From: Tannockella kyphosi | Lineage (GTDB): Bacteria > Bacillota_I > Bacilli_A > Erysipelotrichales > Coprobacillaceae | Length of the DNA: 32,000 nt | Direction: 5' to 3' | Assembly (NCBI RefSeq): GCF_021054785.1 | Contig: NZ_CP088239.1 | Coordinates: 1,140,001-1,172,000 of the forward strand | Made by a program: the position numbers and the translations under genes | In this document: piece by piece, positions 7,054-16,055 of the stretch | Position numbering within the stretch: the first letter of the stretch is position 1 | Layout of the letters: each line of letters starts with the position of its first letter | Notes under the pieces: generated by a model | What the model was told of the DNA's origin: nothing | What the model saw: the letters and a program-made list of their open reading frames with translations, nothing else | Databases searched by the model: none

Positions 7054-9663
7054 TTACAAAATGTTTTTCAAAGCTTGCAAAATTACATTTTTTGTATCGT
7101 TATAAACACAACCACCTTGTGCTAAATCTGGCTTTCCACCACCTCGTCCATCTACCAAAGCATTTATATTTTTCACAATATCACCAGCTTTTTTACCTGT
7201 TGCAACAATATCTTTGGTAACAGCAACAAAATAAGAACATTTATCTTCTTGTTTTGCTACTAAAATTACAACACCACTTTCTAATTGATCACGATAATCA
7301 AACGCTAATTGTTTTGCTTTCCCAGCTTCCATTTCTTCTTCTACCAATAATACCTTTAGTCCATTGATATCTAAAACATCATTTGCTTTACTTGCAGCAA
7401 CTAAACTATTCATTTTAGAAGTAAGTGCTTCTAATTCTTTTTTCGTATCATGTAATTCTTTTACAATAGATTCTACTTTTGTAACTACATCATTTTGATT
7501 TTTTAATTTTAACGTATCCGCAATCATTAATACTGTATTCTTCTTAGCAATCAATGCATCATATGCTTTTTTACCAGTAACTGCTTCAATACGTCTTGTA
7601 CCACTACCAATACTTTCTTCTGTTTCAATTTTAAATAATCCAATACTAGCACTATTCGTTACATGGCAACCACCACATAATTCCACAGAATAATCACCAA
7701 CACTAACTACACGAACAACATCTCCATACTTCTCACCAAATAAAGCCATCGCACCTTTTTCAATTGCTTCCTCTTGACTCATTGATTCAATAGTAACTAA
7801 TTCTCCTTTGAAAATTTCTTCATTCACTTTTTCTTCAATCATTGTTAATTGTTCATCACTTATTTTTTCAAAATGTGTAAAGTCAAAACGTAAACGCTCA
7901 TCATCCACATAAGAACCCGCTTGGTGAACATGTGTTCCTAATGTAACTTGTAATGCTTTTTGTAAAATATGCGTAGCTGTATGATTTGCAGTAATGCGAC
8001 TACGTCTAGCTACATCTACTTCTAATGTGAATTCATCTCCTAATTGCACTGTTCCAGATTCAACTGTTACACAATGTAAATGTTGTTTATTTGGAGCACT
8101 CAATACATTTACTACTGTTAGTTTTGTTTGTTCATTATACATTACACCAGTATCATTACATTGACCACCCATCGTTGCATAGAAAGTAGTAGCATCTAAA
8201 ATAACTTGTCCTTCTCCTTCTAATACTTCTACATTTTGGCCTTCTTTAAATAAACCAATAACTTTACCAGTACTAATCTTAGGATCATAATCAAAACTTG
8301 AACATTCCATAAATTCCATTAAATCAATATTTTGACTAGCCATTGATTCTACATCACTTCTTGAACTACGAGAACGAACTTGTTGAATTTTCAATTCTTC
8401 TCTAAATCCTTTTTCATCCACTTCTTTATTTGATTCTTCTGCAATTTCTAACGTTAATTCAAAAGGAAAACCATAAGTATCATATAACTTAAATACATCT
8501 TTCCCTTCAATTATACCACTTGTGTTTTTAGCAATAATATCACCTAATAACTTTTCTCCATTACTTAATGTTTTATGGAAAGCTTCTTCTTCTCTTTTTA
8601 CTAATTTAGTTACTAAATCAACTTGTTCCGGTAAATTTGTATAATAGTCCTTCATAATATCACATACTACTTGTACTAACTCATACATAAATGCTTGTTC
8701 AATTCCAATTTGTTTTCCAAAACGAACAGCACGACGTAAAATTCGACGTAACACATATCCTCTACCGGCATTATCAAATAATGCTCCATCACTTAAAGCA
8801 AAGGTAACTGTACGAATATGATCTGCAATAACACGATAAGCCATCTTATTATCACTATATGCACAATTTGCTTTTGCTTCTACTGCATGAATAATTGGTA
8901 AAAAGAAATCAGTATCAAAATTAGTTTCCCCTTGTTGAATAATACTTACTAAACGTTCTAATCCCATTCCAGTATCTATATTCTTTTGTGGTAATTCTTG
9001 ATATTCTTCTCTAGCAACACCATCTTTAGAATTATATTGAGAAAATACTAAATTCCATATTTCTACATAACGATCATTTTCTAACTCTTCATAAAATAAC
9101 TTTGTACCTAGTCCTTCCAAATCATAGAAATCTCCACGATCATAGAATATTTCAGAATCAGGTCCACAAGGTCCTTCTCCAATTTCCCAAAAGTTTCCAG
9201 GAGTTTTTAACATATGTGTTGGATCGATTCCTTTTTTATTAACCCAATAATCATATGCAAAATCATCTCCATCATGGACTGTAATATATAATTTATCTTT
9301 TTCAAAACCAATCCATTTTTCATCTGTTAAAAATTCCCAAGCAAAATCAATTGCTTCTTCTTTAAAATAATCTCCTATTGAAAAGTTTCCTAACATTTCA
9401 AAAAAAGTATGATGTCTTGCCGTTTTACCAACATTTTCAATATCATTTGTACGTATTGATTTTTGAGCATTGGTAATTCTAGGATTTTCAGGTGTAATTG
9501 AACCATCAAAATATTTTTTAATTGCTGCTACTCCTGCATTAATCCATAATAAAGTAGGATCATCATTTGGTATTAAAGAATGACTAGGCTCTACTTTATG
9601 TCCTTTACTTTCAAAGTAATCTAAGAACATTTGTCTTACTTGATTTCCACTTAACTGTTTCAT
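7054..9663 (-). CDS. alaS: Alanine--tRNA ligase
   Basis: 869 aa. It has class II aaRS AlaRS motifs (FFEMLGNFSIGDYFK, editing-domain HTATHILQ, CGGCHV) and a C-terminal DHHA1-like domain. The RBS is AGGAGG. Confidence 0.98.
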   Translation of the reverse strand: MKQLSGNQVRQMFLDYFESKGHKVEPSHSLIPNDDPTLLWINAGVAAIKKYFDGSITPENPRITNAQKSIRTNDIENVGKTARHHTFFEMLGNFSIGDYFKEEAIDFAWEFLTDEKWIGFEKDKLYITVHDGDDFAYDYWVNKKGIDPTHMLKTPGNFWEIGEGPCGPDSEIFYDRGDFYDLEGLGTKLFYEELENDRYVEIWNLVFSQYNSKDGVAREEYQELPQKNIDTGMGLERLVSIIQQGETNFDTDFFLPIIHAVEAKANCAYSDNKMAYRVIADHIRTVTFALSDGALFDNAGRGYVLRRILRRAVRFGKQIGIEQAFMYELVQVVCDIMKDYYTNLPEQVDLVTKLVKREEEAFHKTLSNGEKLLGDIIAKNTSGIIEGKDVFKLYDTYGFPFELTLEIAEESNKEVDEKGFREELKIQQVRSRSSRSDVESMASQNIDLMEFMECSSFDYDPKISTGKVIGLFKEGQNVEVLEGEGQVILDATTFYATMGGQCNDTGVMYNEQTKLTVVNVLSAPNKQHLHCVTVESGTVQLGDEFTLEVDVARRSRITANHTATHILQKALQVTLGTHVHQAGSYVDDERLRFDFTHFEKISDEQLTMIEEKVNEEIFKGELVTIESMSQEEAIEKGAMALFGEKYGDVVRVVSVGDYSVELCGGCHVTNSASIGLFKIETEESIGSGTRRIEAVTGKKAYDALIAKKNTVLMIADTLKLKNQNDVVTKVESIVKELHDTKKELEALTSKMNSLVAASKANDVLDINGLKVLLVEEEMEAGKAKQLAFDYRDQLESGVVILVAKQEDKCSYFVAVTKDIVATGKKAGDIVKNINALVDGRGGGKPDLAQGGCVYNDTKNVILQALKNIL

Positions 9664-9678
9664 TTTTTCCTCCTAAAA

Positions 9679-9850
9679 TATAAAAAGTCGTCCTATTTCT
9701 AGGAACGACTAATCGCGGTACCATCCTAGTTCATGTATAAATACATGCCCCTCAATTCACAATAACGGTGTGTCACCGGTAAGTTTTACTTACACTCGAA
9801 AGTAGCTTTCTCTATTCTATCATAAACATTCCCACCAACCATGTTCTCTC
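9679..9850 (-). promoter_or_regulatory. T-box riboswitch leader (Ala specifier GCU) with terminator/antiterminator
   Basis: On the minus strand the elements are an AGAGAG box, then a specifier loop GAAA-GCU-A (GCU is the rc of 9804-9806). Next comes the T-box motif GGAUGGUACCGCG (rc of about 9714-9726). The terminator is AGTCGTTCCTAGAAATAGGACGACT plus TTTTTAT (9679-9710), directly upstream of the alaS RBS. Confidence 0.85.
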
Positions 9851-9856
9851 TAAAAA

Positions 9857-9884
9857 AATATAAATAGATACTTATCTTTGTCAA
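9857..9884 (-). promoter_or_regulatory. Sigma-A type promoter for the T-box-alaS transcript
   Basis: On the minus strand there is TTGACA (rc of 9879-9884), a 16-17 nt spacer and then TATATT/ATATTT. It lies just upstream of the T-box stem I. Confidence 0.5.
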
Positions 9885-9941
9885 CGATTTAAAGAAATTA
9901 TACACAAAAACCATGTATATTACAATAACAATACTAAAAAA

Positions 9942-10049
9942 TTATATTCTTTCTCGAACATCATGCATCATATCGCAAACACAGTCGCAACTACACATAG
10001 CTACTAAAAAAGTAGCCATACTTAAAATAAGAATTGCATTGTTTTTCAT
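9942..10049 (-). CDS. Unannotated 35-aa hydrophobic, Cys-rich small protein (hypothetical)
   Basis: It is below the ORF-track cutoff. The translation is MKNNAILILSMATFLVAMCSCDCVCDMMHDVRERI, with ATG at 10047-10049. A strong RBS (AGAGGTGAT) lies 5 nt upstream, and the ORF starts 26 nt after the recD2 stop. There is no homology evidence. Confidence 0.35.
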   Translation of the reverse strand: MKNNAILILSMATFLVAMCSCDCVCDMMHDVRERI

Positions 10050-10075
10050 TATATCACCTCTTGTTTAGGATAACC

Positions 10076-12262
10076 TTAATCCATAAAATCATACGGTGAA
10101 GAAGAACAACTTACTTCAAACTGTTCTTTTAATGTAGTTACTCTAGCATTATCATGAATATTATGAATTGCTCTTATATATGACTTTTCTTCACCTAATA
10201 AAAATAAGTGATTTTTTGCTCTTGAAATTGCCGTATATACAATATTTCTTTTCAACATTATATAATGATTCGATAATAAAACTAAAATAACAATTTTAAA
10301 TTCAGACCCTTGTGATTTATGAATAGACATACAATAAGCATGTGAAATAGTAGCAAAATCATTACTCGTATAAGTTACAAGTCTTCCTTCAAAATCAACA
10401 ACCAACGTATCTTGCTTAACCTCATACTCCCCTTTTTTCATTATTTGCGTTAATATTCCAATATCACCATTATATACATCATCATCTGGTCTATTTTTTA
10501 ATTGTAAAATTTTATCGCCTACACGATATGTTCTAGAACCTACCTGATAACTAGCAGACCAATCATCGCAAGGATTCATTACATCTTGTAATACTTTATT
10601 TAACTCATTAATTCCTCCATCACCTTGATACATTGGTGATAAGACTTGAATTTCATGCATAGAGTAACCTTGTTCCATCGCCTTTTCAACTAAAAAAGAC
10701 ACATTATGCACAACATCACTACCAATACAAGGATAAAAATGAACATCTTTATATTCCTTAGTAAAAGATAAATCTCTAATATCTTGATGAATTATTTGAT
10801 CACACAAATCAACAATCCCTGATCCTGATTCTTGTCTAAATATTTCCTCTAAATAAACCGTAGGAACAATCCCATCCATTAAATCATGTAAGACATTACC
10901 AGGACTTACCGAAGGTAACTGATGGAAATCACCTATAAATAATATTTTAATAACATGTTTACTAGCTTTTAAAAGATTAGCTAACAATAAACAATCCACC
11001 ATACTTGCTTCATCAATAATTAAAACATGTTGACTAATCGGATTCTTTTGATTCATACCAAATTTATTCGCATCTAAATCCCATTTTAATAAACGATGAA
11101 TTGTTTGAGCTTCTATATTCGTTAATTCACTTAATCTTTTAGCAGCCTTCCCTGTTGGTGCTAATAATGCAACACTATGATTTGGATATAACTTCTTGTA
11201 TATTTCAATAATTGCTTTTACAATCGTTGATTTTCCTGTTCCTGGACCACCAGTTAAAATCATTGCAGGTGATTGTAAAAAAGCATAGATTGCTTCTTTT
11301 TGTTTCACAGCATATTCAATTTCATTTTGTTTTTCCAACATTTCTAAATATTCTGGTGCTTCATCATTATAATATAAATCATTTCTTGATACTAAATCTC
11401 CAATAAACTTTGCGATTGTACATTCTGCATCATATAATGCATATTCATAATATTTTCCTTGTTTTTCAACAATTTTACCATTTTCTATTAATTCTAATAA
11501 ATATTCATCCATTAATTGAAAATCAAAAGCTGTTAAGAATCGAACAAGTTCCTTTTGAATCATACTTAATGTTACATAAGTACTGCCTGTTTTAAAACAT
11601 AACTCTTTAATAACATGAACAATCAAAGCCTTCACTCTTCTTTGATCATCAAAAGCAATACCTACTTTATAAGCTAATTGATCAATTGTTTTAAAACCAA
11701 TTCCTTCAATATCATCAATTAATTGATAAGGATTATTTTCTAGTATTTGTAATGTCTTTTCTTTATAAAAAGATTGTATTACACCAATATTTTTAACACT
11801 AACTCCACTTTTCATAAAAAAACGCATTACTTCATAATCATTTTGTTGTTCCAATAAAACCTTTTGAATCATTTGTGCTTTTAGATCATTCATCGAATCA
11901 ACACTATCTAGTACTTTTATATCTTCTTTTATTAATTCAACACAATTTTCACCTAACGTATCAACAATTGCTTGTCCCATTATTTTCCCTATTCCTGGAA
12001 ATAGAGAACTAGAAAAGAAGTGAACTAAATCTTCCTTTTCACTAGTTGCTAGTACTTCATATTCACTAAAAGCAAATTGTTGGCCATACTTTGGATGAGT
12101 TGTATATTCGCCTCTAAAAACATAAGTATCATAATCTGTATAGTTTGCGATATTACCTGTCATTATAATTTCTTTATCTTCCACCTTCACTACACATACA
12201 ATATAACAAGTTGCTTCACTATAAAAACGAACTGATTGAATTTTACCAGTAAATTCAATCAT
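10076..12262 (-). CDS. recD2: ATP-dependent RecD-like DNA helicase (RecD2/YrrC)
   Basis: 728 aa. It has Walker A (TGGPGTGKST), Walker B (IIDEASMVD), an SF1B C-terminal motif (YAMSIHKSQGSEF; AISRAK), and N-terminal OB and HhH regions. It sits at the yrrC position next to mnmA. Confidence 0.92.
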   Translation of the reverse strand: MIEFTGKIQSVRFYSEATCYIVCVVKVEDKEIIMTGNIANYTDYDTYVFRGEYTTHPKYGQQFAFSEYEVLATSEKEDLVHFFSSSLFPGIGKIMGQAIVDTLGENCVELIKEDIKVLDSVDSMNDLKAQMIQKVLLEQQNDYEVMRFFMKSGVSVKNIGVIQSFYKEKTLQILENNPYQLIDDIEGIGFKTIDQLAYKVGIAFDDQRRVKALIVHVIKELCFKTGSTYVTLSMIQKELVRFLTAFDFQLMDEYLLELIENGKIVEKQGKYYEYALYDAECTIAKFIGDLVSRNDLYYNDEAPEYLEMLEKQNEIEYAVKQKEAIYAFLQSPAMILTGGPGTGKSTIVKAIIEIYKKLYPNHSVALLAPTGKAAKRLSELTNIEAQTIHRLLKWDLDANKFGMNQKNPISQHVLIIDEASMVDCLLLANLLKASKHVIKILFIGDFHQLPSVSPGNVLHDLMDGIVPTVYLEEIFRQESGSGIVDLCDQIIHQDIRDLSFTKEYKDVHFYPCIGSDVVHNVSFLVEKAMEQGYSMHEIQVLSPMYQGDGGINELNKVLQDVMNPCDDWSASYQVGSRTYRVGDKILQLKNRPDDDVYNGDIGILTQIMKKGEYEVKQDTLVVDFEGRLVTYTSNDFATISHAYCMSIHKSQGSEFKIVILVLLSNHYIMLKRNIVYTAISRAKNHLFLLGEEKSYIRAIHNIHDNARVTTLKEQFEVSCSSSPYDFMD

Positions 12263-13395
12263 TATAAGTATTCCAATTCTTTTCCATCATTATAGACTTT
12301 TTCAATAGTTCCACCACCTAAACATATTTGTCCATCATAAAAGACAGCAGCTTGTCCAGGAGTTACGGCTTTGACAGGTTTATCAAAAGTCAAATAAACA
12401 GTATTCTCATCTAAGAATTTCAATTGAATTGGGTTATCAGCTTGTCGATATCTAAATTTAGCATGACAACTAATAGTACCTTCTGGTTTTTTCGAACCTA
12501 CCCAGTTTACATCACTAATCAATGCTCCTGATGAAAGAAGCCAATCATTTTGATCACCTTGACTAATATATAAAACATTTTTATCATAATCTTTTCCAAC
12601 TACAAACCACGCTTCTCCAGGTCCACCAACACCTAAACCTTTTCTTTGACCAATTGTATAATACATAATACCAATATGTTCTCCAATTACTTTACCAGAT
12701 TCAATGTCTACCATTTTTCCATTTTTAGCAGGAATATAATTTTGTAAAAATTCTTTAAAATTTCTTTCTCCAATAAAACAAATACCAGTACTATCTTTTT
12801 TATTAGCAACCGGTAAATCTATTTCTTTGGCAATTTTACGAACCTCTGATTTATCAATTTCACCCAAAGGAAACAGTGTTGTTTGTAATTGTTTTTGATT
12901 TAATTGACATAAAAAATAAGTTTGATCTTTATTATTATCATGTCCCTTATACATAATAGAATCCAATCCTTCAAAATGTTCAACACGAGCATAATGTCCA
13001 GTAGCAATATAATCTGCTCCTAGCTCTTTTGCATAATCTAAAAAAGCTTTAAATTTAATATGTTTATTACATAAAATATCAGGATTAGGAGTTCTTCCTT
13101 TTTTATATTCTTCAATAAAATAAGTAAAAACATGATCCCAATATTCTCCAATAAAATCAACTCTCTTAATTTCAATTCCTAAATGTTTAGCAACTGCCTT
13201 TGCATCATTATAATCTTCTTCTTGAGGACAAATACTATTTTCATTCGTTGGGTTACCTAAAATATCATTATTTAGTTGGCTATCCCAGTTTCTCATAAAT
13301 ACCCCGATAACGTGATATCCTTGTTCTTTTAATAAATAAGCAGCTACTGCTGAATCAACTCCACCACTTAGTCCTAACACTACTTTTTTTGCCAT
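12262..13395 (-). CDS. mnmA: tRNA 2-thiouridine(34) synthase MnmA
   Basis: 377 aa. It has the PP-loop LSGGVDSAVAA, a GRTPNPDILCN motif, and KDQTYFL. Confidence 0.95.
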   Translation of the reverse strand: MAKKVVLGLSGGVDSAVAAYLLKEQGYHVIGVFMRNWDSQLNNDILGNPTNENSICPQEEDYNDAKAVAKHLGIEIKRVDFIGEYWDHVFTYFIEEYKKGRTPNPDILCNKHIKFKAFLDYAKELGADYIATGHYARVEHFEGLDSIMYKGHDNNKDQTYFLCQLNQKQLQTTLFPLGEIDKSEVRKIAKEIDLPVANKKDSTGICFIGERNFKEFLQNYIPAKNGKMVDIESGKVIGEHIGIMYYTIGQRKGLGVGGPGEAWFVVGKDYDKNVLYISQGDQNDWLLSSGALISDVNWVGSKKPEGTISCHAKFRYRQADNPIQLKFLDENTVYLTFDKPVKAVTPGQAAVFYDGQICLGGGTIEKVYNDGKELEYL

Positions 13396-13587
13396 ATATT
13401 TGCCTCCTTATTTAAGTATTTTAGCATTTTTCATAACAAAACACTAGTAAAATAAAATCATCAAAGAAACTAAAAATAACATAAAAAAGTTTACTTGTTA
13501 TTTTTCATAAATCAATAAGAATGGTGCATACCATAATATTCTAATAGCTTTTGCCACCACTCACTTTTACATCCAAGCAAATAAACA

Positions 13588-13618
13588 GTTATCACTAAAA
13601 AAGAACAAACTATCCTGT
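13588..13618 (-). terminator. Rho-independent terminator after the glucokinase gene
   Basis: On the minus strand the sequence reads AAGAACA-GACAGGATAGTT-TGTTCTT followed by TTTTAG. Confidence 0.5.
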
Positions 13619-13636
13619 CTGTTCTTTTCAAATTTA

Positions 13637-14554
13637 TTATTTTAAACGTGACATTGGTAACATTGCTGCTCCAATAGCACCACAATCAACAAGTTCAGTT
13701 TCCAATAAAGGAATATGTCCTCGCATTCCTACATGAATAGAATTATTAAATCTAGCAAGTAATTCTTCATAGAAATACTCTTTAGACTTCATAACTCCTC
13801 CACCAATTACAAAACAATGAGGATCAATTGTATGAGCAATATCAGCAAAAGTTAACGCTAATTCATCAATACATTCTTCTACAATATTTTTAGCTACTTC
13901 ATTTCCTTCACTAGCTAATCGAAACACATCACCAGCATGGATAACTTGATCACCTAATTCCTCTTGTCCTTTACGAACAATAGCAGTACCACTAGTTTCA
14001 CCCTCTGCTGCACCTGCATTTAAACCACCATGTTTATAACCATTATTTTTAACTACGATATTTCCAATTTCACCAGCATGACCACGTCCACCAGATACTA
14101 ATTTACCATCTACAATAAATGCTCCACCAATTCCAGTAGAAATAGTTACATAATAAACAGTAGCATAATCTTTACCAGCACCTAAAATTGCTTCTGCAAG
14201 ACCAGCAACATTTGCATCATTATCAATAAAGCATGGTAATCCAAATTTAGCAGTTAATTTATCACAAATTGGATAATCTTCAAAACCAGGTAAATTGGTT
14301 GCCATAATCATAACACCATTTTTTGTATCTACAGGACCTGGAACACCAATCCCAATTCCTTCTACATTTTCTATTCCACCACAAGCAGTAGTATCTAATG
14401 CTTCTATTTGACCAATAATTTTATCACATACAAAATCTGGTCCGTTTTCTCTATCAGTGCTATCTTTTACTTCACTATAAGTTTTTCCTAATTCATCAAC
14501 TAATAAAGTACGAACATTAGTTCCACCTAAATCAATTCCAATATAAAATTTCAT
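13637..14554 (-). CDS. glcK: ROK family glucokinase
   Basis: 305 aa. It has GIDLGGTN at the N-terminus, the ROK signature region (DNDANVAGLAE) and GHAGEIG. The RBS is AGGAGG. Confidence 0.85.
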   Translation of the reverse strand: MKFYIGIDLGGTNVRTLLVDELGKTYSEVKDSTDRENGPDFVCDKIIGQIEALDTTACGGIENVEGIGIGVPGPVDTKNGVMIMATNLPGFEDYPICDKLTAKFGLPCFIDNDANVAGLAEAILGAGKDYATVYYVTISTGIGGAFIVDGKLVSGGRGHAGEIGNIVVKNNGYKHGGLNAGAAEGETSGTAIVRKGQEELGDQVIHAGDVFRLASEGNEVAKNIVEECIDELALTFADIAHTIDPHCFVIGGGVMKSKEYFYEELLARFNNSIHVGMRGHIPLLETELVDCGAIGAAMLPMSRLK

Positions 14555-14666
14555 TCTAATTCCTCCTAGGTATATATTTAAATTATACTATAAAGAACAT
14601 TTCTTGAAAAGAAAAAACAACTGCTTTAGAAAGCGTTTTCTAATATTTACATGTTCTTAAAGTATA

Positions 14667-15929
14667 TTAGTTACAATCAGTCATAATACGAATGATTTCT
14701 TCATCCGTTGACTTCATTCCTTGACAAGATAAACGTCCAATATTAGAAATAGTATTTTCAACACCTTTACTAACTAGTCCGTCTCCTCCTAAGAATTGTT
14801 GTCCATTTTGATACATTTGATAACCAAATATCCCTGCATCTACACTAGCTGCAATTTTTGCTGCACAACTAGGTTTAGCCCCATCACATACCATACCTGA
14901 TAATATTGCCAATGCATTTACTATTGTATGTTTGATAGCTTTTAAATCACCACCTTGTAAAAAGCTAATACCAGTTCCTGCTCCAACTCCCGCACTAATG
15001 GCTCCACAATATGCCGACAACGCTCCTATCCCCGTCTTTTGATGAATCGCAACTAAATTTGCAAGGACAAGTGCACGATATAACTTTTCTTGATTATGAC
15101 CTTCTTCACTAGCATAAACAATGACTGGTATTGATACCGTCATTCCTTGATTTCCACTACCTGAATTAATAATTACCGGCAGTTCACAACCACCCATACG
15201 GGCATCACTTCCAGCAGCACTATATGCTTTTGAACGATTAAAAACCCCATCTCCATGTATTTTTATTAATGTCTTACCAATGTTTGCACCATAATCATTT
15301 TTCATTCCTTCATTTGCTATTGCCATATTATAATCAATCTGTCTTTGAATAACATCTTTAATATCTTCTATCTTTACATTCGTTGCAAATTCATAAATAT
15401 CATTAATATTTATCCAATCACGCTTCTTATCATTTGTTTTATTTTCTATCAAATTATTTTCTAAAACATCCCCATTCTTTTCAATATACTGAATAAAATT
15501 ATGACGATCTAAAATTCGCACTTTCACAACATCCTCTTGATAAAATACAGTTAATAAAATATCTAATACATGTTTTGTTTCCTTCGGTAAAACTTGAATA
15601 TCAATATTAGAATGTCGTAATTCTTCCTTTTTAGCTTGTGAAACATTACTAATAACCTCTAATTTTTTACTAGCATCTCCAGCTATAATTCCAACTAAAA
15701 CTGCATTATCAATCCCTTTTAATCCATTTGTATTAGGAACTATCACACTTTTTACATTTTTAACAATATTACCACTAACTTCAACAATAACCTTTTCAGG
15801 AATATTCCCTAAAATATCTCTAGCCTTTGCACCAGCATAAGCTAATGCAATTGGTTCTGTACAACCCATTGCTGGAATTAATTCTTCTTTTAATACTTGT
15901 ATGTATTGTTTATACTTGATTTCTTCCAT
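14667..15929 (-). CDS. UPF0597 / YhaM(CyuA)-like L-cysteine desulfidase family protein (serine dehydratase alpha-like)
   Basis: 420 aa. It has the family-typical AMGCTEPIALAYAGA near the N-terminus, glycine-rich central segments (NSGSGNQG) and a C-terminal CDGAKxSCA motif. Confidence 0.78.
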   Translation of the reverse strand: MEEIKYKQYIQVLKEELIPAMGCTEPIALAYAGAKARDILGNIPEKVIVEVSGNIVKNVKSVIVPNTNGLKGIDNAVLVGIIAGDASKKLEVISNVSQAKKEELRHSNIDIQVLPKETKHVLDILLTVFYQEDVVKVRILDRHNFIQYIEKNGDVLENNLIENKTNDKKRDWININDIYEFATNVKIEDIKDVIQRQIDYNMAIANEGMKNDYGANIGKTLIKIHGDGVFNRSKAYSAAGSDARMGGCELPVIINSGSGNQGMTVSIPVIVYASEEGHNQEKLYRALVLANLVAIHQKTGIGALSAYCGAISAGVGAGTGISFLQGGDLKAIKHTIVNALAILSGMVCDGAKPSCAAKIAASVDAGIFGYQMYQNGQQFLGGDGLVSKGVENTISNIGRLSCQGMKSTDEEIIRIMTDCN

Positions 15930-16017
15930 AAAACAGCCCTCTCATTATTAACTACATTCTAGCATAATCCACCATTTTCTAAAACAACAAATATTGTATT
16001 TCATATTTTAAACAAAC

Positions 16018-16044
16018 GAAAAAACGGAATTAAAATTCCGTTTT
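16018..16044 (-). terminator. Rho-independent (palindromic, potentially bidirectional) terminator after the ubiquitin-domain gene
   Basis: On the minus strand the sequence reads AACGGAAT-TTTA-ATTCCGTT followed by TTTTTCG. It begins about 12 nt after the stop codon. Confidence 0.7.
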
Positions 16045-16055
16045 CAATAATAAGG

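Noticed and set aside
9913-10065. A plus-strand 50-codon ORF (MYITITILKNYILSRTS...) antisense to the small Cys-rich ORF.
   Set aside because: It has no RBS upstream, runs into the recD2 3' region, and is opposed to the transcription direction of everything around it. The minus-strand ORF has the strong RBS.
13495-13580. A GTG-initiated 27-codon ORF (VITVYLLGCKSEWWQKLLEYYGMHHSY) in the glcK-mnmA intergenic region.
   Set aside because: It has no RBS and a non-ATG start, and it begins right after the glucokinase terminator. This is most likely a promoter or leader region for mnmA.
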